A stretch of DNA of 64,000 nucleotides. Origin: Mobula hypostoma. Lineage: Eukaryota. The notes beneath the pieces were generated by a model, which searched no databases, was not told the origin of the DNA, and worked only from the letters and a program-made list of their open reading frames with translations. A program made the translations under genes and the position numbers. The DNA is taken from contig NC_086106.1 of NCBI RefSeq assembly GCF_963921235.1, positions 23,684,001 to 23,748,000 of the forward strand, given 5' to 3'. This document shows, piece after piece, positions 34,791-48,900 of this stretch (positions within the stretch are counted from its first letter, which is position 1; the number at the start of each line of letters is the position of its first letter).

Positions 34791-37184
34791 TCACGCATAT
34801 TTTGTCAGGGAGCGGAGATTTCATTGAACGCGGTGATTCACTGTAGTCTATTTACATGTCATTGCGTAGATTGAGGATATATAACAAGCTAATTATCAAA
34901 CACGAACAATACTTGATTTGATTTTGAATTTCGTTTGGCTTGATCTCCACGTGAACTGGTAGAGAAGCGGCGAAAAAACAAGAAATAAAATAACAAGCCA
35001 CAAACCTAAAATGTTAGCTGCAGATACCACAAACAGAAATTAAGAAAGAGGAAGATGCAGCGACAAGGAGAAGGTGATGGAGGACGGAAGGCGGGGTTCG
35101 TGTGGCAAATGATTCAGATAAGGTTAATGATATTTAAGCTTTCATTAAGGTTATTACTAAGGATGGGGAGTTGCGGTGAGATGTCTGTTAAGATCAGCAT
35201 ATGGCAAGATATCGCTAAGAGAGTTATCGAGACAATGCACTCATGATCAAGAGGAAGGTTTTCAAATTGCTATACTGTGAGGCAAAATTCAATGTGGGAC
35301 AAGTGAAACGCACTTCAGATTCCCCAAAATAGAAGTCTGATTTCCATTGCCTGACGTATATCGGATCCGAAGTACAAACACGGAACAGTACCTCGATGTG
35401 TCTCTGTTAACTTACAAAGCAGACGCTGAGTCCTAGATTGAATAAGTTGTTCCCATTCCATGCAAAATCTACGTTCAGCTGCGGCTACAATGCACTCCAG
35501 GAAACTCAGGGGGTGATTTATTTTTTTTTTTAACAGAAGACTCTGGCGCCAATAACAAAGAAGATATATGTGTTTCCAAGTGCTTGTCTGAGCTGACGAT
35601 GTAGGACCCGATCTGTAACACTGAAGAACAGTTAGTCTGCTAATTCTGGTCAAAGACCGTGATTTACAGTACATTGGGCATGCTTGAGAACGTCCGATTT
35701 ATTGCTGAATATATAAATAGCCTGCCCTCAGATCAGTCACGAGAGTTTCTTGACAATTTTCTGCTATTTATAGGAAATAAACCATTCGGTTGCTGTGACA
35801 ATCGCATCTGTTAAGTTCTTGTGTAGTGAACCCCACATCTTTATCAACAATGTAGCAGATTCGAACAAATACCGAAACGAAAGAGTTATCGCAAAATTGG
35901 CACTGCACCCGCGCAGTCAAATCTTCGAAGAGACTGAAACTACTAGGATTTCTCTCTTTTTTTTGAAAATTTCGTTTCTTATTCACCGTTCCAAGAAGAG
36001 AACCCGGTCTCTGTCATGTCATCAATACTTGAAATGCCTCTTTCTTCATAATTCTCCCAGCCTACTCTTACAACTGTTAATATGCGGTTATTGAATGATT
36101 AACATGAGACATTGTCTTCTCATCTTTTGGCGGCATGACCATTTATATACAATTTTCTGTACGCCACCTTGTGGGGACTGGGGGCAGTTCTCCTTCTGTC
36201 TTTCTCCGCTATATAAAGCCGAGAATCTTTCCACTGTAAGTCACGTTAAGCATGCGTTTTCTTCATGTTCTTAATTAATACCGAGGCAGAAGGGCTAGAT
36301 AACTGGAAGTCTGCCTGTCGAAATTGAATTATATTCCTTTTGCTCGTCAAAGATCTGTACAGCAGGTTTGATTTAGAAAATTGACATATCTCACGACCCG
36401 GTATTGTCATTAAACCGTTTTCACAGTTTTTCCCGTTCCCTTTTCAGTTGGAAAGACTTGCTTACACGTTGCATAATTAACGACTGCAGGCTATTTTCCG
36501 CTCTGCGAGGACAGAGGGGGTGGTAGAAATTTGATTAATATAACCTATTTTATAAACCGTGCTTGACGCTCAAGATGAATTGAATGGGCCTAAAGGCTGC
36601 TACATTTTATGACATCAATGCCGATGACCATTGTTTGAAATCAGGGCCTCAGGAGAGGTGTGTTAATCATAATGGTGTTATGGCTTCAGACATTCCCATA
36701 TTGTTTTTACTGAATAAGCGAATCGTTTGCTCTAAGTCTGTTGGAAACTATCTCTTTGAGACAGATCAATAGGATAAATAAAAAACGTTTCTTAAGTACA
36801 TGCATTTGACATAATATCTTCAGGCAGTAGCTCTAGAACAACCAATAACGAGGTCATTTATGCGATTTGCCATCTGATTCTATGGGAGTACTGCCTTCTC
36901 ATGACAGAAGGTTTCATCTACGCAAAAATAACTCCAATGCGAAGAAGCTGTTGAAGTTGCAATCAGAACGTCAAGTCCATTCAGATCAATTTTCAGAAGA
37001 AGGCATGTGTTCACGTTATGACAGCAATGAGCTTCCGACGAAATACGCAACACAGAACTAACTGTGGTTTCTTCAGACAGGTTAAAACTTGCACTGATCT
37101 CTAATTCCTCAGGTATGTAGAAAAAATAATGCACAACCCAATCGAGTCATTGGTTTTGTCCCGGTACGTCTCCAGTCATGCGTC

Positions 37185-37230
37185 ATGAAATCTGTATTTT
37201 CTTTACTGACAGCCGTTACCTTTCTGCAAG
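37185..37230 (+). pseudogene. Orphan V-gene-type leader exon
   Basis: 46-nt phase-1 exon MKSVFSLLTAVTFLQ-G ending CAAG|GTAAGT. It has the same length and phase as the V1-V3 leaders and a hydrophobic core. CCAAT (37138) and ATTGG (37149) lie upstream. No intact V exon follows. Confidence 0.55.
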
Positions 37231-38940
37231 GTAAGTCTCTGCTGAACTGACGCATGTGCATAATATCGCCTCCACTCACATCTAGACTGCTCATAGATGA
37301 TGTGCTTCTTTGCAAAGCCAATGACAATGAATGCTTGTCTCATTATCTCATGTGCTGACCACTGGACAACGATCAACGTAACACTGAACTACTATTTTAT
37401 TTGTAGCTAAGGTTCTCTTCTGGATAACTCAGCATCTTGTAGAGGATCGCAAACATATGCCGAGGGGTTCATCACTGGTTCTGCAGTCCATTGAACACAG
37501 TCCTCTCACAGGTTTTCTGCTGTCTTTCGGAGCCTGATTCGTGAAATTCGATCAAATATATTTAATTCTACCCTGTATTTCTATGTCTGTGCATTGCACT
37601 GTGCAAGCCTTTGCAATGAAAAAAAAAACAGTAATTGCAAAAATCAGTAGGTAACCATCGCAATTGCATGGATAGAATGAAATGAGCAGAGCCGTCTATT
37701 CCTCCGAGTTTTCACCGGCCGCATTTAAAACATCTTTTTTCCAAAGGCGTACAGCCGCAATAGTGCAATTCCCTGCACATTTCAAGTGCCTCCTCTGAAG
37801 TGACTCTCCGATCCTACATTACGACCTTTTGCTTCTGGACAATCTCGTGCTAAGCATGAAGTAGTATATATTATGATGTTATCAAGCTAACATGATAGAG
37901 ATATCATTTGGCATTGGGCTATCGCGATTTATGCATGGCATGCCACACATGATTCTAGGAAGACAATAACGAAACAGAAACTTGTGCAAGCGCACTGGGG
38001 GATTTTCCTTCCTGGAATGTGAATGATATAATTAGCAGGGAAATTAAAAAAGCAATGAGAGGGAGAGGTATAATACACTATTTTAGTAAAATAATCAAAA
38101 TGGTGAAGAGAATAATGCATGAGTGGGAAAAATAAAGAGCGGGAATAGCTAGACGACTTAAGAGAGCAGGAGTGAGAGGTAAGTGCAGCGTGATGAACAG
38201 AAAGAGAGGGAAAATTGATAAAAAGATAAAGAAATAGAGAAAAAGGTTGCCTCTGCAGATATTGTAAATATTTTTTAAAAATCCATCTAATCAGAAGCCA
38301 CTGCATCACTACATCTTCTTCGTAATGAGATACCTTCTGCCAGTATCTGCTTCCTTACCCGTAGCCTATCTTAATCATAGGCATGATATATACATATCAT
38401 GTGTTGTTATAAGTTTATAAACAGACAGAGCTTGTTAACTCCGGTTGATACGCAATTAAATGCTTATTTTCCACGTCAAGTTCTTCGCTTTGGTGAAATC
38501 TGTGGATTTTATTCGCTTCCAAATTTCCCGGATTTTCTATGCAACGAGGCAGCATCTTGTGTCAATGATTAAATAAGCAGCATCGTTCTGATGTAACAAC
38601 TAAAAAAAAACAAAAAACAAAAAAAAAACTCGTGCTGAATTGAATCGATAGTGGAACTCTCTTCTGATCTGTACAGTATCTTGGAGATGGAGAAGAATCT
38701 ATGTTGAAAAACCTCCATACCAGAGGTTGCACTTATCGAATCAACACAGATTATCAGAGATGGCAGTTTTAAGCAACTTGCAACACTGTGAGTATACTCT
38801 TTTCAAAGAGAAACCTTAATGGACGGAATTTAATTTGCATTCAAGATTCTGATTTCACATGTATTATTCACACCCCGCTACTCTCCAAATCTCAGTAGCA
38901 GTTTTGTTGGATAGGCAACAGGATCACGTTTAGCGACCTT

Positions 38941-41194
38941 TAGAAACATAGAAACATAGAAAATAGGTGCAGGAGTAGGCCATTCGGCCCTTCGAGCCTG
39001 CACCGCCATTTATTATGATCATGGCTGATCATCCAACTCAGAACCCAGCCTTCCCTCCATACCCCCTGACCCCTGTAGCCACAAGGGCCATATCTAACTT
39101 CCTTTTAAACATAGCTAATGAACTGGCCTCAACAGTTTGCTGTGGCAGAGAATTCCACAGATTCACCACTCTCTGTGTGAAGAAGTTTTTCCTAACCTCG
39201 GTCCTAAAAGGCTTCTCCTCTATCCTCAAACTGTGACCCCTCGTTCTAGACATCCCCAACATCGGGAACAATCTTCCTGCATCTAGCCTGTCCAATCCCT
39301 TTAGGATCTTATACGTTTCAATCAGATCCCCCCTCAATCTTCTAAATTCCAACGAGTACAAGCCCAGTTCATCCAGTCTTTCTTCATATGAAAGACCTGC
39401 CATCCCAGGAATCAATCTGGTGAACCTTCTTTGTACTCCCTCTATGGCAAAGATGTCTTTCCTCAGATTAGGGGACCAAAACTGCACACAATACTCCAGG
39501 TGTGGTCTCACCAAGGCCTTGTACAACTGCAGTAGTACCTCCCTGCTCCTGTACTCGAATCCTCTCGCTATAAATGCCAGCATACCGTTCGCCTTTTTCA
39601 CCGCCTGCTGTACCTGCATGCCCACTTTCAATGACTGGTGTATAATGACACCCAGGTCTCGTTGCACCTCCCCTTTTCCTAATCGGCCACCATTCAGATA
39701 ATAATCTGTTTTCCTATTTTTGCCACCAAAGTGGATAACTTCACATTTATCCACATTAAATTGCATCTGCCATGAGTTTGCCCACTCACCCAACCTATCC
39801 AAGTCACCCTGCATCCTCTTAGCTTCCTCCTCACTGCTAACACTGCCACCCAGCTTCGTGTCATCCGCAAACTTGGAGATGCTGCATTTAATTCCCTCAT
39901 CCAAGTCATTAATATATATTGTAAACAACTGGGGTCCCAGCACTGAGCCTTGCGGTACCCCACTAGTCACCGCCTGCCATTCTGAAAAGGTCCCGTTTAT
40001 TCCCACTCTTTGCTTCCTGTCTGCTAACCAATTCTCCACCCACACCAATACCTTACCCCCAATACCGTGTGCTTTAAGTTTGCACACTAATCTCCTATGT
40101 GGGACCTTGTCAAAAGCCTTTTGAAAATCCAAATATACCACATCCACTGGTTCTCCCCTATCCACTCTACTAGTTACATCCTCAAAAAATTCTATGAGAT
40201 TCGTCAGACATGATTTTCCTTTCACAAATCCATGCTGACTTTGTCCGATCATTTCACCGCTTTCCAAATGTGCTGTTATCACATCCTTGATAACTGACTC
40301 CAGCAGTTTCCCCACCACCGACGTTAGGCTAACCGGCCTATAATTCCCCGGTTTCTCTCTCCCTCCTTTTTTAAAAAGTGGGGTTACATTAGCCACCCTC
40401 CAATCCTCAGGAACTAGTCCAGAATCTAACGAGTTTTGAAAAATTATCACTAATGCATCCACTATTTCTTGGGCCACTTCCTTAAGCACTCTGGGATGCA
40501 GACCATCTGGCCCTGGGGATTTATCTGCCTTCAATCCCTTCAATTTACCTAACACCACTTCCCTACTAACATGTATTTCGCTCAGTTCCTCCATCTCACT
40601 GGACCCTCTGTCCCTTACTATTTCTGGAAGATTATTTATGTCCTCCTTAGTGAAGACAGAACCAAAGTAATTATTCAATTGGTCTGCCATGTCCTTGCTC
40701 CCCATAATCAATTCACCTGTTTCTGTTTGCAGGGGACCTACATTTGTCTTTATCAGTCTTTTCCTTTTTACATATCTATAAAAGCTTTTACAGTCCGTTT
40801 TTATGTTCTCTGCCAGTTTTCTCTCATAATCTTTTTTCCCCTTCCTAATTAAGCCCTTTGTCCTCCTCTGCTGAACTCTGAATTTCTCCCAGTCCTCAGG
40901 TGAGCCACTTTCTCTGGCTAATTTGTATGCTACTTCTTTGGAATTGATACTATCCCTAATTTCTCTTGTCAGCCACGGGTGCACTACCTTCCTTGATTTA
41001 TTCTTTTGCCAAACTGGGATGAACAATTGTTGTAGTTCATCCATGCAACCTTTAAATGCCTGCCATTGCATATCCACCGTCAATCCTTGAAGTGTCATTT
41101 GCCAGTCTATCTTAGCTAATTCATGTCTCATACCTTCAAAGTTACCCCTCTTTAAGTTCAGAGCCTTTGTTTCTGAATTAACTACGTCACTCTC
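38941..41194 (-). mobile_element. Young, 5'-truncated CR1 LINE with uninterrupted RT frame
   Basis: Minus ORF 39038-41230 has no internal stops (KSPGPDG, NYRPVSLTSVVGK, VYLDFQKAFDKVPH, SGVPQGSVLGP, SKFADDTKL, RVVNLWNSLP). The 3' tail is (TTTCTATG)n at 38941-38962. The first ~12 ORF codons come from flanking DNA. Confidence 0.97.
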
Positions 41195-42879
41195 ATATAA
41201 CCGCTGTGCTGAATGTTTATATACAAACACCTACTTTTAATTTCTATTAACATGGTGCATCTCAGTTCCTTGTGTCCTGCACTATATCTTGTCGTGCATC
41301 GTGTGGCACAGGGGAAGTAATGCTGGATTTCAGATAATCGGGGAGCTTCTTTATACCGCCTTTTACGCATTTTCGATGCTCCACAGCGCTGCCGTCAGTT
41401 GGTAACCTTGCGGTTTCTCCGATAATCTGGCGATGGAAGTTTCCTGTGATGTAGAGCTGTGCTTTTGAATGTAAGAATTGACGTCAACAAAGAGAGCACG
41501 AGAATGCAATCACTGCAAGCACAGTGTCCAGTGTAAATATGGTACTTTTTTTCCCCAAAGTATTTAGGCAAAACAGTAAAGAATAAAAGTTAGAAAAAGA
41601 ATTACGAGTGTTCGTGTACTTGTGGTTCTACTGTCTTTGCATCGGTCCGTCCAGTACGATATTTGCACGATGGTATGGGGATGATTTTCAGCAGGCGCTA
41701 CTGAAAACCTGACCTGAATTAATTTGAAGGTGGAAGTTGCTGAATACAGGATATCCTGGATAATAACCTCCAAGCCACTGTCAGAAGGCTTAATCGGGTG
41801 AGAAGCAGTGGCTCCCCGCAGAGTAGTAAGACTAAACACCCTGCAGAACACATCCGTGTGTCAAATACGACATTTGAGCAATGTTTTCAAGGACGAATGC
41901 GGACATCGTGCTTCATCACGTTGTGCATAGTGAATGGAGATTCAACCAAAAGCATTTCCGGCTGCTTATACAAATATATATAATGAGTCCGATATACTGT
42001 TATCACAACCGGACTCTCGCTCCGCGTTGAATTGCTCGTCACATATCCTTTAGGTTTTCAAAAGAATATCATGAAAATTGTGCCCAGTCGATCCCATTAT
42101 CGACACCTTGCGCTCTACCTCGACTGAGCAAAGCTGCATTTCTGTTTTCTGCATAGCCATCTCCACGGCAATTCAACATCCCTATCTTACTGTGACATAT
42201 TGATAGGTATAATCACAGCTTATGATCTATATTGCCAGTGGACCATTGAATGCCTGAATGCTTCCGGTGAATCTGTTGTCGGCATACCCGTCATGAAATG
42301 TTACAAATAGGCGTACAACTCTCGAAGCGGACACTGAAAACACTGTATGTATGGAAGATGATCTGTTGTTATAACAGATTGTGCTTTTGTTTTAACTGAT
42401 CAGAATCTAGCAACTGTTTTCACCGAGAAATGAAAGAAATAAGCTGACAAATGATAAGCGAGAAATAGAAATGCGGAATCCGAGAGGAGCCTTGTATACT
42501 CAATTGTGGGTGGCAGTAAAAGAAAAAACAAACAAACAAACAAACATACAAACAAAGCAAAACACAGCTTGGCCTGCCGGGCATACTGTGCAACAGAGAG
42601 AGCAGAGGTCGTTCCTCATACGTGGTAGCGATTTTTACGAAAGCTAGCAAGGACGGTCAGGACATCCTGCATTAAATACCGAGTTCATTACGCGCAAGGA
42701 AAAATGAATAAAAACAAGCTTTACTTGTAACAGTTGTATTTGGAGCGGATATTGTTTGCGTGGTGCAGCGTTAAAGAGAAGAGTTTGATGGCTTGGCTCA
42801 AAGAGGCTTCAGCGTGAAAAGCTGGTGGGTTTAGGCAGACTTTCTTTCGGATGCATGCATTTCTTATTGTAATCGAATA

Positions 42880-43910
42880 GGAATGAGAATGAGAATCAGA
42901 ATCAAGTTTATTATAACTGACATGTGATAGGAAATTGGTTAACGTAACAGCAGCAGTTCAATGCAATACATAATATAGAAAAAATGAACAAAATAACATA
43001 ATTATAATAACAATTAACTAAGTCAATTACAGTATATGTATATCAAACAGATTAAAATCGAGCAAAAGCAGAAATACTATAGATTAAAAATATGAAATAG
43101 TGTCGAAGGTTCAAAGTCCATTTAGGAATCGGAGGCAGGGAGGACGAAGCTGTTCCTGAATCGGTATTGTGTGTGCCTTTAGGCTTCTATACCTCCCACC
43201 TCACGACAACAGTGAAAAAGGGCATACCCAAGGGTTCTGGCGGTCCTAATGGATGCTGCCTTTCTGAGACACCGCTCCTATCAAATGCCATGGGTACATT
43301 GTAGGATCGTATCCAAGATGGAGTTGACTAAATATACAATCAGCTGCATCTTTTCTTTTTTTTTCCCTTCCGAGCAGTGAACATCCCACCCACCATACCA
43401 GACAGATGCAGCCTGTCATAATGCTCTCTATGTTACATCTATAGAAGTTTTTGAGTGTATTTGTTGACATACCAAATCTCTTCCATCTTCTCATGAAGTA
43501 TATCCACCGCCTTGCCTTCTTTATAACTGCATCGATATGTTGGGACCTAGTTTGATCCTTAGAGATCTTGTCACCCAGGAACTTGAAACTGTTCACTCTT
43601 TCCACTTCTGATCTCCAGATGAGGCTTGGTATGTGCTCCTTCGTATTACGTTTCCAGAAATCCAGAATCAGCTCTTTTGTCTTCCTGACGTTGAGTTTCA
43701 AGTTGTTGCTGCGGCAAACTCCACTAGTTAGCATATCGCACTCCTGTACGCCCTCACGGCACCAACTGAGATTCTACCAACAATGGTTGTAGCTTCAGCG
43801 AATTTATAGATGTTATTTGTGTTGTGCCGAGCCACGCAGTCATGGGTATATACAGATCAGATTAGTGGGCTGAGCACGCACCCCTGAGGTACGCCACTGT
43901 TGATCGAGCC
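42880..43910 (-). mobile_element. Rex/Babar-type LINE 3' portion
   Basis: Minus ORF NNLKLNVRKTKELILDF..VERVNSFKFLG..KKARRWIYFMRRWKRFGMSTNTLKNFYRCNIESIMTGCI, with an (AGAATC)n tail at ~42880-42905. Confidence 0.85.
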
Positions 43911-43989
43911 GATTGTACAAAGAGAGCCGTAGGATTACTGAACTTTAGTAGATGACTGGTCCTCACTTTGGACATGGCAAAGCCGGGGA

Positions 43990-44400
43990 AACGCAATTGT
44001 CTCTACCAACTACATCTGCAGTAAGTGTATTCAGGAACACAGCATGGCAGAGTACGCTGTGAAGCTCAAGTTAGACTTCAATGAACTCCAGGTAATTGTG
44101 GATTTTGAGCGGTTGACTAACAAGTGATAAAAGGAAGGTGGCCACTGGTGAAAATGGCTTGGCAGAGAGTGCAGAGTACATGCATCTGTGACCGTTCCCT
44201 TCCAGAACATGTAAATTACCCCAGATACTTTTAAAGAATTATCTTACAGAGTAAGAAAACAACACAATTGTCACGTGTCCAGTATTGAGTCTGACTCTTG
44301 GGCTCAGAAAGGAAGTGCGTAGCAGAGGCGAGCTGCAGTGATAGCGAATACATTCGTTAGTTGCACCGACATGAGATTCCGTAGACGAAGCCGATATCAC
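43990..44400 (+). mobile_element. CR1 ORF1 relic
   Basis: RRAAVIANTFVSCTDMRF resembles the RRAVVIGDSIVRGTDRRF motif. Confidence 0.5.
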
Positions 44401-45665
44401 CAGAAGGTCAGCTGACAAGTCTTTATGAGAGCAGAAAACCTATAAATCCAGTAGGATAGTGTAGAGACCTGAAACCACCTCTTCCCAAAGTGCAGTTTAC
44501 GGACTTTTCAAAAACGGAAGGATGAATATTGAGTGCAAATTAAAAAAACAATAAATGTATACCTGACTGTGTAAAGACAACTGTGTTTACACTGACATTA
44601 GAAATGCATCCACCAGTTTGTGTCGAAAGAATAAAGGAACAGGTTAAGTCACACGGAAAAGGTATGCTTCGAAAAGCTGAGAAAGAGCATGAGATCCCAG
44701 TTGCAAAGCAAATGTCGCTCAGTCTTTCCGAAAAAAAAAAAGAATACACATCGGAATTGATAATTCAGACGAAAGAGAGCATAGCACACGATCAAATTGA
44801 TGCAATAAAAAGGGAAAATGAGAGAAGTGTTACGTGAATTCACGACATGACCTGTGAAATCACGACATGTCTCATTTGAAAATGAGGTGATTGATGAATC
44901 GATATATATGCATGATTAGTGTCTTTGATATCCATAGTTCTAAAGTCTTATTTTTGTACCGATCTACGAATCTGGCATTAACTGGGTACCGTGAGAAGAT
45001 GCCTCATCAGTTCATGGATGTGCAGTGAGGGAATTAAGTACATATGCTTGTCGCCAGGTATCCTTCAAAATAATTCGACAAATAGTCCTAGGAATCAGAG
45101 CTCGCACCAATAATACGAAGACTAAAACTGCATTAAGTCTACGCTGGAATAGCACTAGGCTGACTAAGGCAGTTAGTTATACCAGCATATTTTTACCGAC
45201 TTGTACAGCCACAGAGCAATGGCTGTCTCAAGTATAGCGATTACCGGTGGACTGTTGCGGTGTATTGCATAGGTTAATTACATTATATGAAAGGATCAGA
45301 CAAAGACGATGGAGATATTTTAGAAATTTTGCAAAGTCTGAGTTTCTTTTTACTTGGGGTAGAGGGACAGTAAAATAGGTATAAACGCGCTACGCAGAAA
45401 CACATCAATTGAGCCGAAGATGCTAAAAGCTGCAGGACGAATAATACAATTCTTAGGGCAAAGAACAACGTTAGTGGGTATAGGAGAAGGCACATATGAT
45501 GAAAGCTTCAGAGTCCAATGATAATAACGAACGATGTGACACAGGGAAGCACACTTTTTGCATGTTTTTTTTTAAATCAACTAATGGTGGGGAAGTGAAT
45601 AAGTGAACTCTAGGCATTTCGGGTGTGTGCGCAATGGAAAGATGATCCGGGGGGGAGAAAGAGGA

Positions 45666-45666
<1 letters not shown>

Positions 45667-45701
<35 letters not shown>

Positions 45702-45752
45702 TGAGACAGACAGACAGACAGAGAGAGAGGGAGACAGACAGACAGACAGAGA
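45667..45752. repeat. (AG)n / (GACA)n microsatellite
   Basis: Seen directly. Confidence 0.95.
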
Positions 45753-48479
45753 GATATGGGGGCAGAAAGCCCTAGTCTGGGAGCTTAATGTCAGACCACG
45801 AAGTAAATTGATTTTGTTCTCTCTTTCTTCCCACATATCTGAACCAACAGATGAACACATGGATCGTATTCTCATCTTCCTATATTATCGTACTAGAGGC
45901 ACTGTCCTGTCTTAGTTAATTAGTTATGTCAATTGTTGCAGATCTTGTAGAATTCCTCCTCAAAGCTTCTTGTCCGGACAGTCTAGTTGATTCAATTCCA
46001 ATCCTCTCACGGTTTCTCGTTTAATTGCTATTCCATGGCAATGCTGCAATATAGTACTCCTCTCTAACAAACGAAGAGGTTGGAGATCCTGGAGACAGTC
46101 CACACGATTATACAAAGAGATTTCCTTATTTCTTGGGAAAAATGTATTTTGGTACCATTGACCAGATGAATTATGCTGTGGAAAATACAAAACAATGATT
46201 GAACTTCGGACAGTGGAACTAAACAGATCGAAAAGCTCTATTCCAACAATGCTGTCCACCAAATTGCTGCAAACATTTTCTGAGGCTATCCCTGCACCGT
46301 CATTATAAACTGCTGTTGCACTGTTTCTTTCCCTCAAGGAAGGATTAATCGGAATAATGGAAAATATATGACATGAAATTTCATTACTTATTGTTTGAAT
46401 CCTGAAACAATTTCAAATGGAACATTTTTTTGTTTTTATTTGATATGTAAAGAATGGCTGTCTTGCAACAGTCTTTGAACTGAGGCGACCGAAGCCCAGA
46501 GTTGTACTGAACTGGCTAAATTAATCGAAAGTATCTAATTTATGAAAAAAAGTTATCAGAGACAAAAGAGACAGCCATCAACTAATAATGCTTGCAGCTC
46601 TATTCCAATGAGAAACTGATTCTGGACATTCCGATAGGCTTCGAATAAGGACTTCAAAAGATTGTGTTCATATGAAACAGTAGAGTAGAGAAGTCTGGGA
46701 ATACTGGAAGCGACAATTTAGGAACGCATCATCGCAGAACTAAGTGACCCAATTTCGAAGCGTGGGGGTTTTCTGGGATCAAGATTAACAACTGGCTAAC
46801 TTAGACTCATTTTTACTGCTGTTACCTTCTCTATTCTTTCATTGAACACGTAGGGTCAAGAAAACCCTGTGTATGTGTGCACATTCATATAGCTTTGTGA
46901 ATTCAGGTCTTTGCTCGGAACTGCAACAACAAAATAATTTGCCACGTAGTACACAATCTCTCTGTGATGTTAATGATAAAATATCAGTGAAAATGCGCTC
47001 CTATATTTTATATTTTATGGTTTATAATAGCCAAACATTATTGTTGAGAGCTGATATCAGTAATACCTAAGTTAATATCATTGAGAAATAAAGATCCAAT
47101 TTCCACAGTTCAGCAGGTCTCCATGTAAGAAGATTCTGTGTAAATTCTCTAGCGAGTAGTTGTGTTGTTTCTATCGTTCAGTGCTCTGAGGTTTGGAGGC
47201 TCGCTATGCGGCTGTGTGAACTTATTAGGAGCTCTCGTGTTTTGTCCCGTCGCACCCCATCACTCAGCCAACATCTGTCAGTTTGTGGCATAGTTAGCCA
47301 ATTGAAATTCCTTCGGTGTAGGTGCAGGGCTGAAACTGAAGGAGATGTTGTAAACTTGGCAGGGTCAATTTCGAATAAATGTTAACTATTAAGATGCCCT
47401 TGAAGATGACAGTAAAACGAGGTAATAAATGAACGAGATTGGTTGCCGATTTTGAATTGAAAATCTCCAGTTTCAGAAAACGTGCCTAATTGTGGCCCTT
47501 CTGTGACACCACTGATTTAGTCTTTTCCGGGAGTTTAGCACATCTTAGATTTGAAAAAAAAAACAAAAAACAAAACAAAAAAACAAACAACTGGCTTACT
47601 AGAGGCGTAAGAAGTAGACGTGCTAATATATGGATGCACAGCTGGGCTCATTGTAATGAACAGGTGAACGAGAACTTGTCTATTATTTTCTTTGCAATGT
47701 AGCCAGAGGATTGAGTCTTTTCTTCCATCTTCGCTTGGTATTTTTCCCCGAATGTTTTCGTATGTTGAGTCTCTTTCAGACAGCAGAGCATGGTTTACTC
47801 GATACTATATGCTCTCCTTTGTCCTTTCATTCATCCAGTAGGGGCACGGGCAGCCGACTTCACGGTGCTTACACGGCGGATTATCATGGAATGCAATTTT
47901 ATATGATAGGATTAGATTGAGCTCAATATTTTGAAGATGTTCGGAAATATGCATGTGTCTCGTCGAGTTTTTTTTTTATATAAAGTAAATGCTTACCAAT
48001 TGCATTGTGGTGGGGAAGAATTCTTAATATTGTTGTAAGTGTCCCTTGTCATCTCCTGTTTTAATCTGTGTTCACTTTCTTTAAATTTTCTGAAGAAAGA
48101 AATAATTCCTTTAACATCTTTCGTGCCAAAAAGCTGGTGGACTGTTCTCGTCATCGCGATCACTGAGTGTAGGATCGCTTGTGCGAATCACCGTTACAGT
48201 AATTGTAAACCATTTAACTGAGAGTGTTAGTTTTTTTTTCTCGGATCTCACTCCAACGTAATCACGATCATAGTTACTGCATATACATACAATTTCAGGC
48301 AGTACAGGACACATGTCTTCTTCTGCCAACATTCCCAAGAAGGAATCCTGACAGATCTGTGAAACCAGACTCATATACGTATTATTATCTGCTTCTTCAT
48401 TCAAAACCCGCGTCTTTTAATTTGCTTTGAACTGTCAGCGCATGCATGTAGATCAATAGAGTATGTGGTCTGTGCTTCA

Positions 48480-48900
48480 AAGGGAAATAGGAAGGACGCG
48501 ATACCCAGGAACACTGTGTTCTGGCACACTGGTAAGAACATTAACGTTATATTCTGCCTTCAAATTGGGCATTCTATAATCAATAACTTCGTCATGTTGT
48601 GATATCACAAAGATCGCAAAGGACATAGAGCCCAAGAGAGATCCCTGCTGCGCATCACTGTTCATCGAACTCCAGATTAATACCTCCTAGGTCTTTCCAC
48701 AAACTCCTTCTGTGTGTAAGCCCATTCTGAACTATTAAGCCACGTTTCTTTCAATTCCATGCATCGTGGTCTTCTTACTGAGTCTATATTGAAGAATCTT
48801 GACAAATGTACATATACATCGATTCCACTACTCTCTCTTCATAAACTTCTTCAGCCACGTCCTAAAAAAACAACGGTGCCGTGATGCACGAACGGTCACT
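48480..48900 (-). mobile_element. Decayed CR1 RT fragment
   Basis: Minus ORF MNSDAQQGSLLGSMSFAIFV is a degenerate SGVPQGSVLGPLLF.I motif. Confidence 0.55.
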
